A stretch of DNA of 64,000 bases, taken from assembly GCA_934655875.1 (NCBI GenBank), contig CAKUHB010000009.1:1-64000 (forward strand), read 5' to 3'. The stretch is from an uncultured Oscillospiraceae bacterium. Lineage in GTDB: Bacteria; Bacillota; Clostridia; Oscillospirales; Oscillospiraceae. Under the pieces are notes generated by a model. It was not told the origin of the DNA. It did not search any database and worked only from the letters and a program-made list of their open reading frames with translations. Made by a program: the position numbers and the translations under genes. This document shows positions 48,034 to 57,096 of this stretch, one piece after another; position 1 is the stretch's first letter; every line of letters starts with the position of its first letter.

Positions 48034-48878
48034 CCGTCTCCTCCTGTCAGTGCGTCATAATTTCCACCATCCGAAACGGGCGTCGGGGAAAACGCCGCAA
48101 GGCAGCTTCTGCGCCGCCCATTCGCCGCAATTGTCTCGCACCGCAGCGCCAGCAAAAGCCCCGCCTGCGTGCCCACGCTCCGGTAGGAGAGCAGCCGCAG
48201 CGGCAGCTGCGGATCCTTTGCATGCAGCCGCAGCATCAGCGCTGCCGGATCCCGCAGCTCCGCCGCGCGGATGGCTTCTCCGGGCAAAAGCACCTGCAAG
48301 GCCCCTGCTTCCGCCACGAGAGCACGCTCGCCCGTGACGGGATCGCAGAGCGTGCAGCCGGTGTCCCGCAGCGCGCGGATCGGCACGCTGGCTGCCCCAT
48401 ATGCCAGCCGGAGCGGCACGATCCCTCCGCCGCCGTGGCGCGCCGTACAGGCAAAGACCGTGTAGCACAGCAGATACGCAAGCCCCGCCAGCAGCAGAAG
48501 GCCGAGAAGACTCACCGCGTAATATGCTCCGCCCGGCAGAACCAGCACGCCTGTCCCGAAGATCTGCGCCGCAGCCAGCGCCATGCCGCCGAACGCGCAC
48601 ACCGCCGCCAGGAACAAAAGTCCCGCGCGCAGCGTATGCCGTCCGACCCCGTAGGCCAGCAGCAGCATTGCCGCAAGGCTTGCCAGTTTCATGGGCAGCG
48701 CCTGCAAAAACGCGAGCCGCGGCGCGAGCGCCGCCGCAGCATACAGGCCTCCGAACGCCGCTGCGAGCGCGAACCGCAGCCGCAGCAGCCGCCCGCCGCC
48801 GAGCTTTGCTCCGCAGATGAGCAGCAGATAGTCCACAGCCGCGTTCAGCAAAAACGCTTCATCGGCATATACCGTCAT
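48030..48878 (-). CDS. spoIIGA: Sigma-E processing peptidase SpoIIGA
   Basis: The start was trimmed to the ATG at 48878 ([20 protein letters not shown]…), preceded by GAGGGGGA. The multi-TM N-terminal half and the aspartic-protease motif [16 protein letters not shown] (compare DSGNQLYDPLT in the B. subtilis protein) are present. 282 aa. Confidence 0.8.
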   Translation of the reverse strand: MTVYADEAFLLNAAVDYLLLICGAKLGGGRLLRLRFALAAAFGGLYAAAALAPRLAFLQALPMKLASLAAMLLLAYGVGRHTLRAGLLFLAAVCAFGGMALAAAQIFGTGVLVLPGGAYYAVSLLGLLLLAGLAYLLCYTVFACTARHGGGGIVPLRLAYGAASVPIRALRDTGCTLCDPVTGERALVAEAGALQVLLPGEAIRAAELRDPAALMLRLHAKDPQLPLRLLSYRSVGTQAGLLLALRCETIAANGRRRSCLAAFSPTPVSDGGNYDALTGGDG

Positions 48879-48994
48879 CCGCAGTCCCCCTCGTCCGTTC
48901 CGATGGACAAAGCTTACACCCGGCGGGCAGAAAAAAGCGGTCGCAATTCCATGCGGAATTGCGGCCGTTCGTTCGTCAGGTTTTCCTTGCAATG

Positions 48995-49186
48995 TCAAAT
49001 CGGCTTCCCCTCACGCAGAATCTGGCGGATGCTCTTTTCCGCCTTGCTGCGCGGGATCATCAGCTCATGCCCGCAGCCGTCGCAGCGCAGGCGGAAATCC
49101 ATTCCGCTGCGCAGCACGTGCCACTGCTTTGAGCCGCAGGGATGCTCCTTTTTCATGACAAGAATATCGCCGACCTGTACGTCCAT
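48995..49186 (-). CDS. Small conserved zinc-ribbon protein (DUF951-like)
   Basis: 63 aa from the ATG at 49186, preceded by AAGGAG: MDVQVGDILVMKKEHPCGSKQWHVLRSGMDFRLRCDGCGHELMIPRSKAEKSIRQIL. The upstream 10 codons of the ORF-track frame are judged an extension. Confidence 0.5.
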   Translation of the reverse strand: MDVQVGDILVMKKEHPCGSKQWHVLRSGMDFRLRCDGCGHELMIPRSKAEKSIRQILREGKPI

Positions 49187-49245
49187 ACTGCATCTCCTTC
49201 TTTCCCCCGTCTGCATATATTGGAGGAGAAACGGGGGAATGATCT

Positions 49246-50139
49246 ATGATTTGTTATCTGCCGGAAGGGCTGCATCCGCAGCCGGAGGGGTATACCAAAG
49301 AGGAACTGCGGCTCGCCATGGCGCAGCGCCGCGTTTTGCAGGCCACAGCCGTCCGGTGCGACGAGCGGCACGATCTGCACGTGCAGCTCGGCTGCTGCGA
49401 GGGGCTCATCCCGAGAGCGGAGGCCGCGCGCGGCATTACCGGCGGCCAGACGCGGGACATTGCCATTTTATCGCGGGTCGGCCGCCCGGTCTGCTTTCAC
49501 GTGACCGGCTTTCTTTCGGATGGCCGCGCGGTCTTATCACGCCGCAGTGCACAGGAGCAGGCGCTGGATCACATCCTGCAAAGCTGCCGCCCCGGCGATA
49601 TTTTGCCCGCGGTCGTGACGGGGCTTGCGCCCTTCGGTGCGTTCTGCGATATCGGCTGCGGCGCGCCGGCGCTTCTCGGGCTGCGGGAGATCTGCGTCAG
49701 CCGCATCCAGCATCCGTCCGACTGCCTGCATATCGGCCAGCAGCTCTATGCTGTGCTTCGCTCGCTGGATCCTGTCCGGCGGCGCGTACAGCTGACGCAA
49801 AGAGAGCTGCTCGGCACGTGGGAGGAGAACGCCGCGCGCTTCCGTCCCGGCCAGACCGTTGCGGGCGTTGTCCGCGCCCGGCAGCCATATGGCGTTTTTA
49901 TCTCGCTCACGCCGAACCTCTCGGGTCTGGCCGACCCGGACGATACGCTGCGGCCCGGCCAGCCGGTCTGCGTCTTCATCAAGGCCATCCAGCCCGAAAC
50001 GCTCAAGATCAAGCTGTGCGTCCTGCATACGCTCGATTCCCTGCCCGCGCAGCCGCTCCGGTACACGAAAACGGAGGGCCATCTCGACACCTGGCGCTAC
50101 GGAAGCCCGGCGCTGGCAAAGATCCTGACTATTTTTTGA
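49246..50139 (+). CDS. S1-like RNA-binding domain protein (two S1-type OB folds)
   Basis: 297 aa with two segments of S1 pattern: GDILPAVVTGLAPFGAFCDIGCGAPALLGLREI and GQTVAGVVRARQPYGVFISLTPNLSGLA. Confidence 0.5.
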   Translation: MICYLPEGLHPQPEGYTKEELRLAMAQRRVLQATAVRCDERHDLHVQLGCCEGLIPRAEAARGITGGQTRDIAILSRVGRPVCFHVTGFLSDGRAVLSRRSAQEQALDHILQSCRPGDILPAVVTGLAPFGAFCDIGCGAPALLGLREICVSRIQHPSDCLHIGQQLYAVLRSLDPVRRRVQLTQRELLGTWEENAARFRPGQTVAGVVRARQPYGVFISLTPNLSGLADPDDTLRPGQPVCVFIKAIQPETLKIKLCVLHTLDSLPAQPLRYTKTEGHLDTWRYGSPALAKILTIF

Positions 50140-51388
50140 TCTCGTCCCAATAGCGCTTGGCCGCCTGCTCGGTCTTATTATCGCCGTATACATAGTACGT
50201 CCGGTCTTTGATCGCGTCCGGCAAATACTGCTGCCGGACCCAGTGGCCGGGATAATTGTGCGGATACAGATAGCCCTGCTCGCGCTCAAAGCCCGTGCCG
50301 TCCGCGTGGACGTTTTGCAGCTCCCGCGGCACAGGGCCGGTCCGGCCCGCCTTGACGTCTGCCATGGCGGCATCAATCGCCATGCAGCCGGAGTTGGATT
50401 TCGGCGCGGTCGCGAGCAGAAGCACCGCGTCTGCCAGCGGCAGCCGCGCTTCCGGCAGGCCGAGCTGCAAGGCGCTGTCGACACAGGCCTTGACAATGGG
50501 GATGGCCTGCGGATAGGCAAGGCCGATGTCCTCTGCCGCGGAGCAGAGGATCCGGCGGCAGGCCGACGGCAGGTCGCCCGCTTCGAGAAAGCGCGCCAGA
50601 TAGTGCACCGCCGCGTCCGGGTCGGAGCCGCGGATGGACTTCATGAGCGCGGAAAGATCGTCATAATGATCGTCTCCGGCCTTGTCGTAGCGCATGGCCG
50701 AGCGCTGCGACACCTGCTTCGCGTCCGCCAGCGTCAGGCGCAGGACACCGTTTTCCGGCCTTGTGGCGGCGTAAAGGAACTCGATGGCGTTCAGGGCCTT
50801 TCGGATATCGCCGCCGCAGGCCTGCGCGATATGGCCGGTCACACCCGGCTCCGGCAGAATGGTCACGCTGTCGCGTGCTTCGAGGTAATTGAGCGCCCGC
50901 TCGACCGCACGCTGCGCTTCTTCCTTCTCCACGGGCTTGAACTCAAAGACCGTCGAGCGCGACAGGATGGCGTTATAGACATAGAAATACGGATTTTCCG
51001 TTGTAGATGCGATCAGTGTGATCTTGCCGTTTTCGATGTATTCCAGCAGCGTCTGCTGCTGCTTTTTGTTGAAATACTGGATCTCGTCGAGGTAGAGAAG
51101 CACGCCGTTCGGCGCGAGGAACGTGTCGAGTTGGGCGTAGATCTCCTTGATGTCGGCGGAGGACGCCGTGGTCGCGTTGAGCTTGCATAGCTTCCGCTGC
51201 GTCTTTTTCGCGATCAGGTTCGCGACCGTCGTCTTGCCCGTGCCGGACGGCCCGTAGAAGATGAGATTCGGCACGCTGCCGGATTCGATGATACGGCGCA
51301 GCAGGCCGTTTTCGCCCAGAATATGCTGCTGTCCGCAGACGTCTGAAAGTTCCTGCGGACGAAGCGCATCCGCGAGGGGCTGGTACAT
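50129..51388 (-). CDS. rarA: Replication-associated recombination protein A (AAA+ ATPase)
   Basis: 419 aa with Walker A GPSGTGKTT, and the MgsA/RarA N-terminal (ALRPQELSDVCGQQHILG) and C-terminal domains. Confidence 0.85.
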   Translation of the reverse strand: MYQPLADALRPQELSDVCGQQHILGENGLLRRIIESGSVPNLIFYGPSGTGKTTVANLIAKKTQRKLCKLNATTASSADIKEIYAQLDTFLAPNGVLLYLDEIQYFNKKQQQTLLEYIENGKITLIASTTENPYFYVYNAILSRSTVFEFKPVEKEEAQRAVERALNYLEARDSVTILPEPGVTGHIAQACGGDIRKALNAIEFLYAATRPENGVLRLTLADAKQVSQRSAMRYDKAGDDHYDDLSALMKSIRGSDPDAAVHYLARFLEAGDLPSACRRILCSAAEDIGLAYPQAIPIVKACVDSALQLGLPEARLPLADAVLLLATAPKSNSGCMAIDAAMADVKAGRTGPVPRELQNVHADGTGFEREQGYLYPHNYPGHWVRQQYLPDAIKDRTYYVYGDNKTEQAAKRYWDEIKK

Positions 51389-51515
51389 TCCGCCCGCCTC
51401 CTTTTTGTGTTTTCCTGTATTATACCGGCTGCCGCCGGTAATTACAAGCGGCCTGTTCCCTTTGCCGCGCTTTTATGCTATAATTCGTGTGATCAGGAAG
51501 AAAGGAGGCGCACAC

Positions 51516-52151
51516 ATGGAAACTGCCGAACGCGTGGAGGGCATTCTTGCCGCTCTGAAGCAGGAATACCCGGATTCGGTCTGCGCGCTGCATTACAAAA
51601 AGGACTACGAGCTGATGATCGCGGTGCGGCTGTCTGCGCAGTGCACCGACGCGCGGGTCAATCTGGTGACGCCCGCGCTCTTTGCGCGCTATCCGACGCT
51701 GGACGCCTTTGCAGAAGCCGATATTTCGGAGGTAGAGGGCTATGTCCACTCCTGCGGCTTCTACAAGCACAAGGCGGAGGACATCGTCCTCGCCTGTCGG
51801 ATGCTGCGTGACGACTACGGCGGAAAGGTTCCCGGCACGATGGAGGAGCTTCTGCGCCTGCCCGGCGTGGGCCGGAAGACGGCAAACCTTCTGCTGGGCG
51901 ATATTTATAAAACGCCCGGCTCCGTCGTCTGTGACACGCACTGCATCCGGATCTGCGGCCTTCTCGGCCTGTCCGAAGGCAAGGATCCGGCGAAGGTCGA
52001 GCAGCAGCTGCGAAAGATCCTGCCGCCGGAGGAATCGTCCGATTTCTGCCACCGGATCGTCCTGCACGGGAGAGCTGTGTGCGTGGCGCGGCGGCCGGCA
52101 TGCGAGCGCTGCTGTCTTGCGCCGTACTGCAAAAGCTTCTCCGGCAGCTGA
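51516..52151 (+). CDS. nth: Endonuclease III (DNA glycosylase/AP lyase)
   Basis: The start at ATG 51516 follows AAAGGAGG. It has the HhH-GPD motif LPGVGRKTANLLL and the [4Fe-4S] cluster ligands C..C..C…C near the C-terminus. 211 aa. Confidence 0.85.
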   Translation: METAERVEGILAALKQEYPDSVCALHYKKDYELMIAVRLSAQCTDARVNLVTPALFARYPTLDAFAEADISEVEGYVHSCGFYKHKAEDIVLACRMLRDDYGGKVPGTMEELLRLPGVGRKTANLLLGDIYKTPGSVVCDTHCIRICGLLGLSEGKDPAKVEQQLRKILPPEESSDFCHRIVLHGRAVCVARRPACERCCLAPYCKSFSGS

Positions 52152-52250
52152 CCGGCGGCAGCGTTCGCCGATTGCAAACGGCGCGCAGATTGCTCAAAAA
52201 TCCCCGGTGAAGTTTGTAAAAAATGGCGGGCAAAAAAATTTGTAAGTGCA

Positions 52251-52279
52251 TTGCAATTTTTTTGTCCGCCATTTATAAT
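52251..52279 (+). promoter_or_regulatory. Near-consensus promoter upstream of ssnA-ygfK (-35 TTGCAA, 17 bp, -10 TATAAT)
   Basis: Read from the sequence. It overlaps the right arm of a 20-bp inverted repeat (52221-52240 / 52255-52274). Confidence 0.45.
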
Positions 52280-52436
52280 GAAACTACAATCTAAGATTGG
52301 TAGCTGTAAGGAAGTGTTTCGCACACGGGCTGCAACTATCACTCGGCTTGCACGGCAGAGTGTTTCAGATGAAGAATCTGAAGCACTTTTGTTATATGCA
52401 AATACCCGGTGATCATCACGAAAAGGAGGATTATCC

Positions 52437-53780
52437 ATGTATTTACTCACAAACGGACGCGTCATCACCCGCGATGCGGGCGGCAAGGGCTACTATGAAA
52501 AAGGCGCCGTTGCCTACGAGGGCACCAAGATCGTCGAGGTCGGCGAAGAGACCGCGCTGCGCGCAAAGTATCCGCAGGCCGAGATCATCGACGCCAAAGG
52601 CGGCGTCATCATGCCGGCCTTCATCAACGCCCACACCCACATCTATTCCGCACTGGCGCGCGGCCTGTCCATCGTCGGCAACAACCCCACGAACTTCTAT
52701 GAGGTGCTCGACGGCACGTGGTGGGCCATGGACCGCAAGCTGACGCTCGAGGGCTCCCGCGCATCCGCCGACGCACTGTACATCGACTGCATCAAGCAGG
52801 GCGTCACCACGATCTTCGATCATCATGCCGCCTACTGTGAGATCCCCGGCTCCCTGTTCCAGATCGGCGAGAGCGCCAAGAAGTTCGGCATCCGCTCCTG
52901 CCTGTGCTACGAGGTCTCCGACCGCGACGGCGAAGAGAAGTGCTTACAGGCCATCAAGGAGAACGCCGACTGGATTACCTACTGTCAGGAAAAGAAGGAT
53001 CCGATGCTCGCCGCCATGTTCGGCGGTCACGCCCTGTTCACCATCTCCGATAAGACGTTTGACCGCATGGTCGAGGCCAACAACGGCCGCACCGGCTATC
53101 ATATCCACGTCTCCGAGGGCATGAACGACGTCTATGACTCCCTGCAGAACTATGGCCGCCGTCCGGTGCAGCGCCTGCACGACCACGGCATCCTGGGTGA
53201 CAAGACCATCCTCGGCCACTGCATCCACGTGAACCCGGCAGAGATCGAGCTGATCCAGACCACCAACACCATGGTCGTCAACAACCCCGAGTCCAACATG
53301 TCCAACGCCGTCGGCGTCTGCCCGGTGCTGCCGCTGTCCAAGGCGGGCATCCTCCTCGGTCTCGGCACCGACGCATGGACGAACGACATGATTGAGTCGC
53401 TCAAGGCCGCGCTCTGCGTCCAGCGTCTGAACGCCTGCCTGCCGAACGTCGCCTGGTGCGAGGTCACGGACATGCTCTTCAAGAACAACGCAAAGATCGG
53501 CGCGAAGTATTTCCCGGACGAGCTGGGTGTCCTCAAGGCCGGCGCAGCCGCCGACATCATCGTCATGGACTACAAGCCGTACACCCCGTTCTCCGATGAA
53601 AATATCGACGGCCACATCCTCTTCGGCATGACCGGCAAGCTCTGCCGCACGACCATCGCCAATGGCAAGCTCCTCATGAAGGATCGCGAGCTCATTGGCA
53701 TCGACGAGGAAGCCGAAAACGCCCACATTCTCGAAGCCGCCAAGAAGCTCTGGGGCGCGCTGAACCATCGGGAATATTAA
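52437..53780 (+). CDS. ssnA: Amidohydrolase-superfamily protein, SsnA-like (putative aminohydrolase of selenium-dependent purine/pyrimidine catabolism)
   Basis: 447 aa with the metal-binding HxH (FINAHTHIYS) and the conserved pattern …LDGTWWAMDRKLT… of SsnA/chlorohydrolase-type enzymes. It lies immediately upstream of a ygfK homolog, as in enterobacterial loci. Confidence 0.7.
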   Translation: MYLLTNGRVITRDAGGKGYYEKGAVAYEGTKIVEVGEETALRAKYPQAEIIDAKGGVIMPAFINAHTHIYSALARGLSIVGNNPTNFYEVLDGTWWAMDRKLTLEGSRASADALYIDCIKQGVTTIFDHHAAYCEIPGSLFQIGESAKKFGIRSCLCYEVSDRDGEEKCLQAIKENADWITYCQEKKDPMLAAMFGGHALFTISDKTFDRMVEANNGRTGYHIHVSEGMNDVYDSLQNYGRRPVQRLHDHGILGDKTILGHCIHVNPAEIELIQTTNTMVVNNPESNMSNAVGVCPVLPLSKAGILLGLGTDAWTNDMIESLKAALCVQRLNACLPNVAWCEVTDMLFKNNAKIGAKYFPDELGVLKAGAAADIIVMDYKPYTPFSDENIDGHILFGMTGKLCRTTIANGKLLMKDRELIGIDEEAENAHILEAAKKLWGALNHREY

Positions 53781-53857
53781 GATATCACCGCTGTCTGCAT
53801 GGCGGACGGAGCCGTCCGCCATGCAAAAGGCCGCAAATGAAAACAGGAGGAACTTAC

Positions 53858-56809
53858 ATGTCTGAAAAAATGTATCCGATCCCGTTCCGGTCTCTGATGA
53901 ACTGGATCGTTACCGAATATGCCCGCGAGGGTGAGATTTTCGGCGTCCATACCCCATATTACGCCACCGGCAAGACCCTGCCGATCTTCGGCGAGACCAT
54001 CGAGACCCCGTTCGGCCCGGCCGCCGGCCCCAACAGCCAGCTGGCGCAGAACATCATCGCCGCCTATTTTGCAGGCGCACGCTTCTTCGAGGTCAAGACC
54101 GTGCAGAAGATGGACGGCGAAGAGCTGGCCCGCTGCGTGCCGCGTCCGTGCATTCTGGCAAACGACGAGGGCTACAACCAGGAATGGTCGACCGAGCTGG
54201 AGGTGCCGCAAGCGCAGAACGAGTATATCAAGGCCTGGTGCGCACTGAAGGTTCTGTCCAAGGTCTATGGCCTTGGCTCGCCGGACGGCTTCGTGTTCAA
54301 CATGTCCGTCGGCTATGACCTCGAGGGCATCAAGGGCGAAAAGGTCAACAGCTACATCGACAACATGATGGACGCGTCCAATACTGCGCAGTTCCAGGAG
54401 TGCCTTGCCGTTCTCACCGAGCTGTTCCCGCAGGAAAAGGACTTCATCGCTTCCATCTCCCCGCGCGTCAGCCGCAGCGTCACCGTTTCCACGCTCCACG
54501 GCTGTCCTCCGCAGGAGATTGAGCGCATCGCGTCGTATCTGCTGACCGAGAAGGGTCTGCACACCTTCGTCAAGTGCAATCCGACCATTCTCGGCTACAA
54601 GACCGCCCGCACCATCCTCGACTCCATGGGCTATGACTACATCGTCTTTGACGAGCATCACTTCAACGAAGACCTTCAGTGGGTCGACGCCGTGCCGATG
54701 TTCGAGCGTTTGCAGGCGCTGGCCGATTCCAAGGGTCTGGAATTTGGTCTCAAGCTCTCCAACACCTTCCCGGTCGACACCACCCGGAACGAGCTGCCCG
54801 GCACCGAGATGTACATGTCCGGCCGCAGCCTGTTCCCGCTGACCATTGAAATGTGCAATCGCATCAGCCGCCAGTTTAACGGCAAAATGCGCATCTCCTT
54901 TGCCGGCGGCGCAGAGTATTTCAACTGCGACAAGCTGTTCGCGGCTGGCATCTGGCCCATCACCGTGGCTACCACCATTCTCAAGCCCGGCGGATACAAC
55001 CGTCTGGCCCAGATGGTCGAAAAGACCGAAAAGCTGCCGTATCACGCATTCAGCTGCACGGATTCTGCCGCCATCAGCGACATGTCCACGGCCAGCCACA
55101 CCGATTTCCACCACCTGAAGCCCATCAAGCCGCTGCCCGCACGCAAGAGTGAGGACAAGGTTCCCCTCATCGACTGCTTCACCGCACCCTGCAAGGGCGG
55201 CTGCCCGATTCATCAGGACATTCCGGAGTACATGGAGCTCTGCCGCCGCGGTCTGTTCGGCCCGGCTCTGAAGCTCATCACGGAGAAGAACGCCCTGCCG
55301 TTCATCACCGGCACCATCTGCGCGCACCGCTGCCAGAACAAGTGCTCGCGCAACTTCTATGACGAATCCGTCCACATCCGCGACACCAAGCTCATCGCAG
55401 CCAACCATGGCTACGAAGCGCTCATGGCCACGCTGAAGCCGACCGCCAAGGTTCCCGGCAAGAAGGCGGCCATCATCGGCGGCGGCCCGACCGGCATTGC
55501 GGCGGCCTATTTCCTCGCCCGCGGCGGCGTGGATACCACGATCTTTGAGCGCGAAGAGAAGCTCGGCGGCGTGCCGCGCTACGTCATCCCCGCGTTCCGT
55601 ATCCCCGATGAAGCCATCGACAAGGATATCTCCATCATGGAGCGTCTCGGCGTCACGGTCAAGTGCGGCGCGCCCGCACCCAGCGTGGAAGAGCTGAAAA
55701 AACAGGGCTACACCCACATCCTGATGGCCACCGGCGCATGGCAGGCGGGCGAGCTGGGCATCCCCGGCAACGTCAAGGGCGTCATCGGCTGGATGAAGGA
55801 AATGAAGACGCAGGTCAAGCCGTGCCTGGAGGGCCATGTGGTCGTCGTCGGCGCGGGCAACACCGCGATGGACGCCGCCCGCGTCGCCAAGCGCATGGGC
55901 GCTGCTTCCTCCGCCCTCGTCTACCGCCGCACGAAGAAGGAAATGCCCGCCGACGAGCATGAGCTGAAGCTCGCCATCGACGAGGGCGTTCAGCTGGTCG
56001 AGCTGGCTGCTCCGGTCGAGCAGAAGGACGGCAAGCTGATCTGCAACAAGATGAAGCTCGGCGAGCCTGACACTTCCGGCCGCCGCAGCCCGGTCGCCAC
56101 CGGCGAAACGTTTGAGATCCCGTGCGATCTCGTCATCTCCGCCATCGGCGAGAAGGTCGACGCGAAGCTCATGGCCGACAACGGCATCGAAATGGGCCGC
56201 AAGGGCCCGGCGTTCAAGACCAACGTTGAAAACGTCTGGTCCGCCGGTGACGCGCACAGAGGCCCTGCCACTGTCGTCGAGGGCATTGCCGACGCAGCCG
56301 CCTTCGCGGAAGCTGTCATCGGCGAAGCGCACACCTACGAGATCCCCGAGCAGGCCTATCCCACCAAGGCCGACGCCATCGCCAAGAAGGGCATTCTCAA
56401 GATGGCGAAGGACGCCTGCTGCGAGGGCAGCCGCTGCCTGAACTGCAACACGGTCTGCGAAAACTGCGCCGATTCCTGCCCGAACCGTGCGAACGTCATC
56501 GTGAAGCTGGCTGACGGCCGCCACGAGATCGTCCACGTCGACAAGATGTGCAACGAGTGCGGCAACTGCACGCAGTTCTGCCCGTATGCATCCGAGCCGT
56601 GCCACGACAAGTTCACGCTCTTCCAGACCGAAAAGGACATGAACGAGAGCGAGAACAAGGGCGTTCTGTTCCTCGGCGGCGACGCCATCCGCGTCCGTCT
56701 GGACGAGGACAAGACCTACGATCTGTCCCAGCCGAACGACCTGCCGAAGGAGATTGAGACCCTGATCCTCACCATCCGCAGCAAGTACGCGTATCTGTAC
56801 ACCGAATAA
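53858..56809 (+). CDS. ygfK: YgfK-like FAD/NAD(P)-dependent iron-sulfur oxidoreductase (putative selenate-reductase subunit family)
   Basis: The start at ATG 53858 follows AGGAGG. It has a dihydropyrimidine-dehydrogenase-like N-terminal barrel region, a glutamate-synthase-small-subunit-like FAD/NAD domain (KKAAIIGGGPTGIAAAYFLARGG…EREEKLGG) and several Cys clusters (CAHRCQNKC; CLNCNTVCENCADSCP; CNECGNCTQFCP). 983 aa. Confidence 0.7.
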   Translation: MSEKMYPIPFRSLMNWIVTEYAREGEIFGVHTPYYATGKTLPIFGETIETPFGPAAGPNSQLAQNIIAAYFAGARFFEVKTVQKMDGEELARCVPRPCILANDEGYNQEWSTELEVPQAQNEYIKAWCALKVLSKVYGLGSPDGFVFNMSVGYDLEGIKGEKVNSYIDNMMDASNTAQFQECLAVLTELFPQEKDFIASISPRVSRSVTVSTLHGCPPQEIERIASYLLTEKGLHTFVKCNPTILGYKTARTILDSMGYDYIVFDEHHFNEDLQWVDAVPMFERLQALADSKGLEFGLKLSNTFPVDTTRNELPGTEMYMSGRSLFPLTIEMCNRISRQFNGKMRISFAGGAEYFNCDKLFAAGIWPITVATTILKPGGYNRLAQMVEKTEKLPYHAFSCTDSAAISDMSTASHTDFHHLKPIKPLPARKSEDKVPLIDCFTAPCKGGCPIHQDIPEYMELCRRGLFGPALKLITEKNALPFITGTICAHRCQNKCSRNFYDESVHIRDTKLIAANHGYEALMATLKPTAKVPGKKAAIIGGGPTGIAAAYFLARGGVDTTIFEREEKLGGVPRYVIPAFRIPDEAIDKDISIMERLGVTVKCGAPAPSVEELKKQGYTHILMATGAWQAGELGIPGNVKGVIGWMKEMKTQVKPCLEGHVVVVGAGNTAMDAARVAKRMGAASSALVYRRTKKEMPADEHELKLAIDEGVQLVELAAPVEQKDGKLICNKMKLGEPDTSGRRSPVATGETFEIPCDLVISAIGEKVDAKLMADNGIEMGRKGPAFKTNVENVWSAGDAHRGPATVVEGIADAAAFAEAVIGEAHTYEIPEQAYPTKADAIAKKGILKMAKDACCEGSRCLNCNTVCENCADSCPNRANVIVKLADGRHEIVHVDKMCNECGNCTQFCPYASEPCHDKFTLFQTEKDMNESENKGVLFLGGDAIRVRLDEDKTYDLSQPNDLPKEIETLILTIRSKYAYLYTE

Positions 56810-56855
56810 GACAAAAAGCTGCCCGCCGATTAGATGGTGGTCATAAAACAGTTAT

Positions 56856-56893
56856 GGAGCGTATCGATACCGATACGCTCCATTTCTCATGTT
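56856..56893 (+). terminator. Rho-independent terminator after ygfK
   Basis: Perfect 11-bp stem ggagcgtatcg-atac-cgatacgctcc followed by ATTTCTCATGTT. Confidence 0.5.
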
Positions 56894-57056
56894 GGGCCTT
56901 GGCTCTCCCTCCGGGAGAACTGTCACCGCAGGCGACTGAGAGGGCATTTGCGGTCTTCTTCAGCATTTCCCCTCTCCGTCCTCGCTGCGCTCGGCCACCT
57001 CTCCCAAAGGGAGAGGCAAGGGATGTCCGCACGAAATCAAATCATAACAGGAACAG

Positions 57057-57080
57057 GCACAGCAGATGATCCTGCTGTGC
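57057..57080 (-). terminator. Hairpin terminator downstream of icd
   Basis: The 9-bp perfect stem gcacagcag-atgatc-ctgctgtgc sits 17 nt after the icd stop and is followed on the minus strand by a T-rich stretch. Confidence 0.45.
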
Positions 57081-57096
57081 CTGCCAACTGTCCAAA

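Noticed and set aside
48879-49216. Longer versions of spoIIGA (to 48998) and the DUF951-like gene (to 49216) in the ORF track
   Set aside because: The extended frames would overlap each other. Internal ATGs with good RBSs give N-termini that match the conserved start of the respective families ([12 protein letters not shown]…; MDVQVGDI…).
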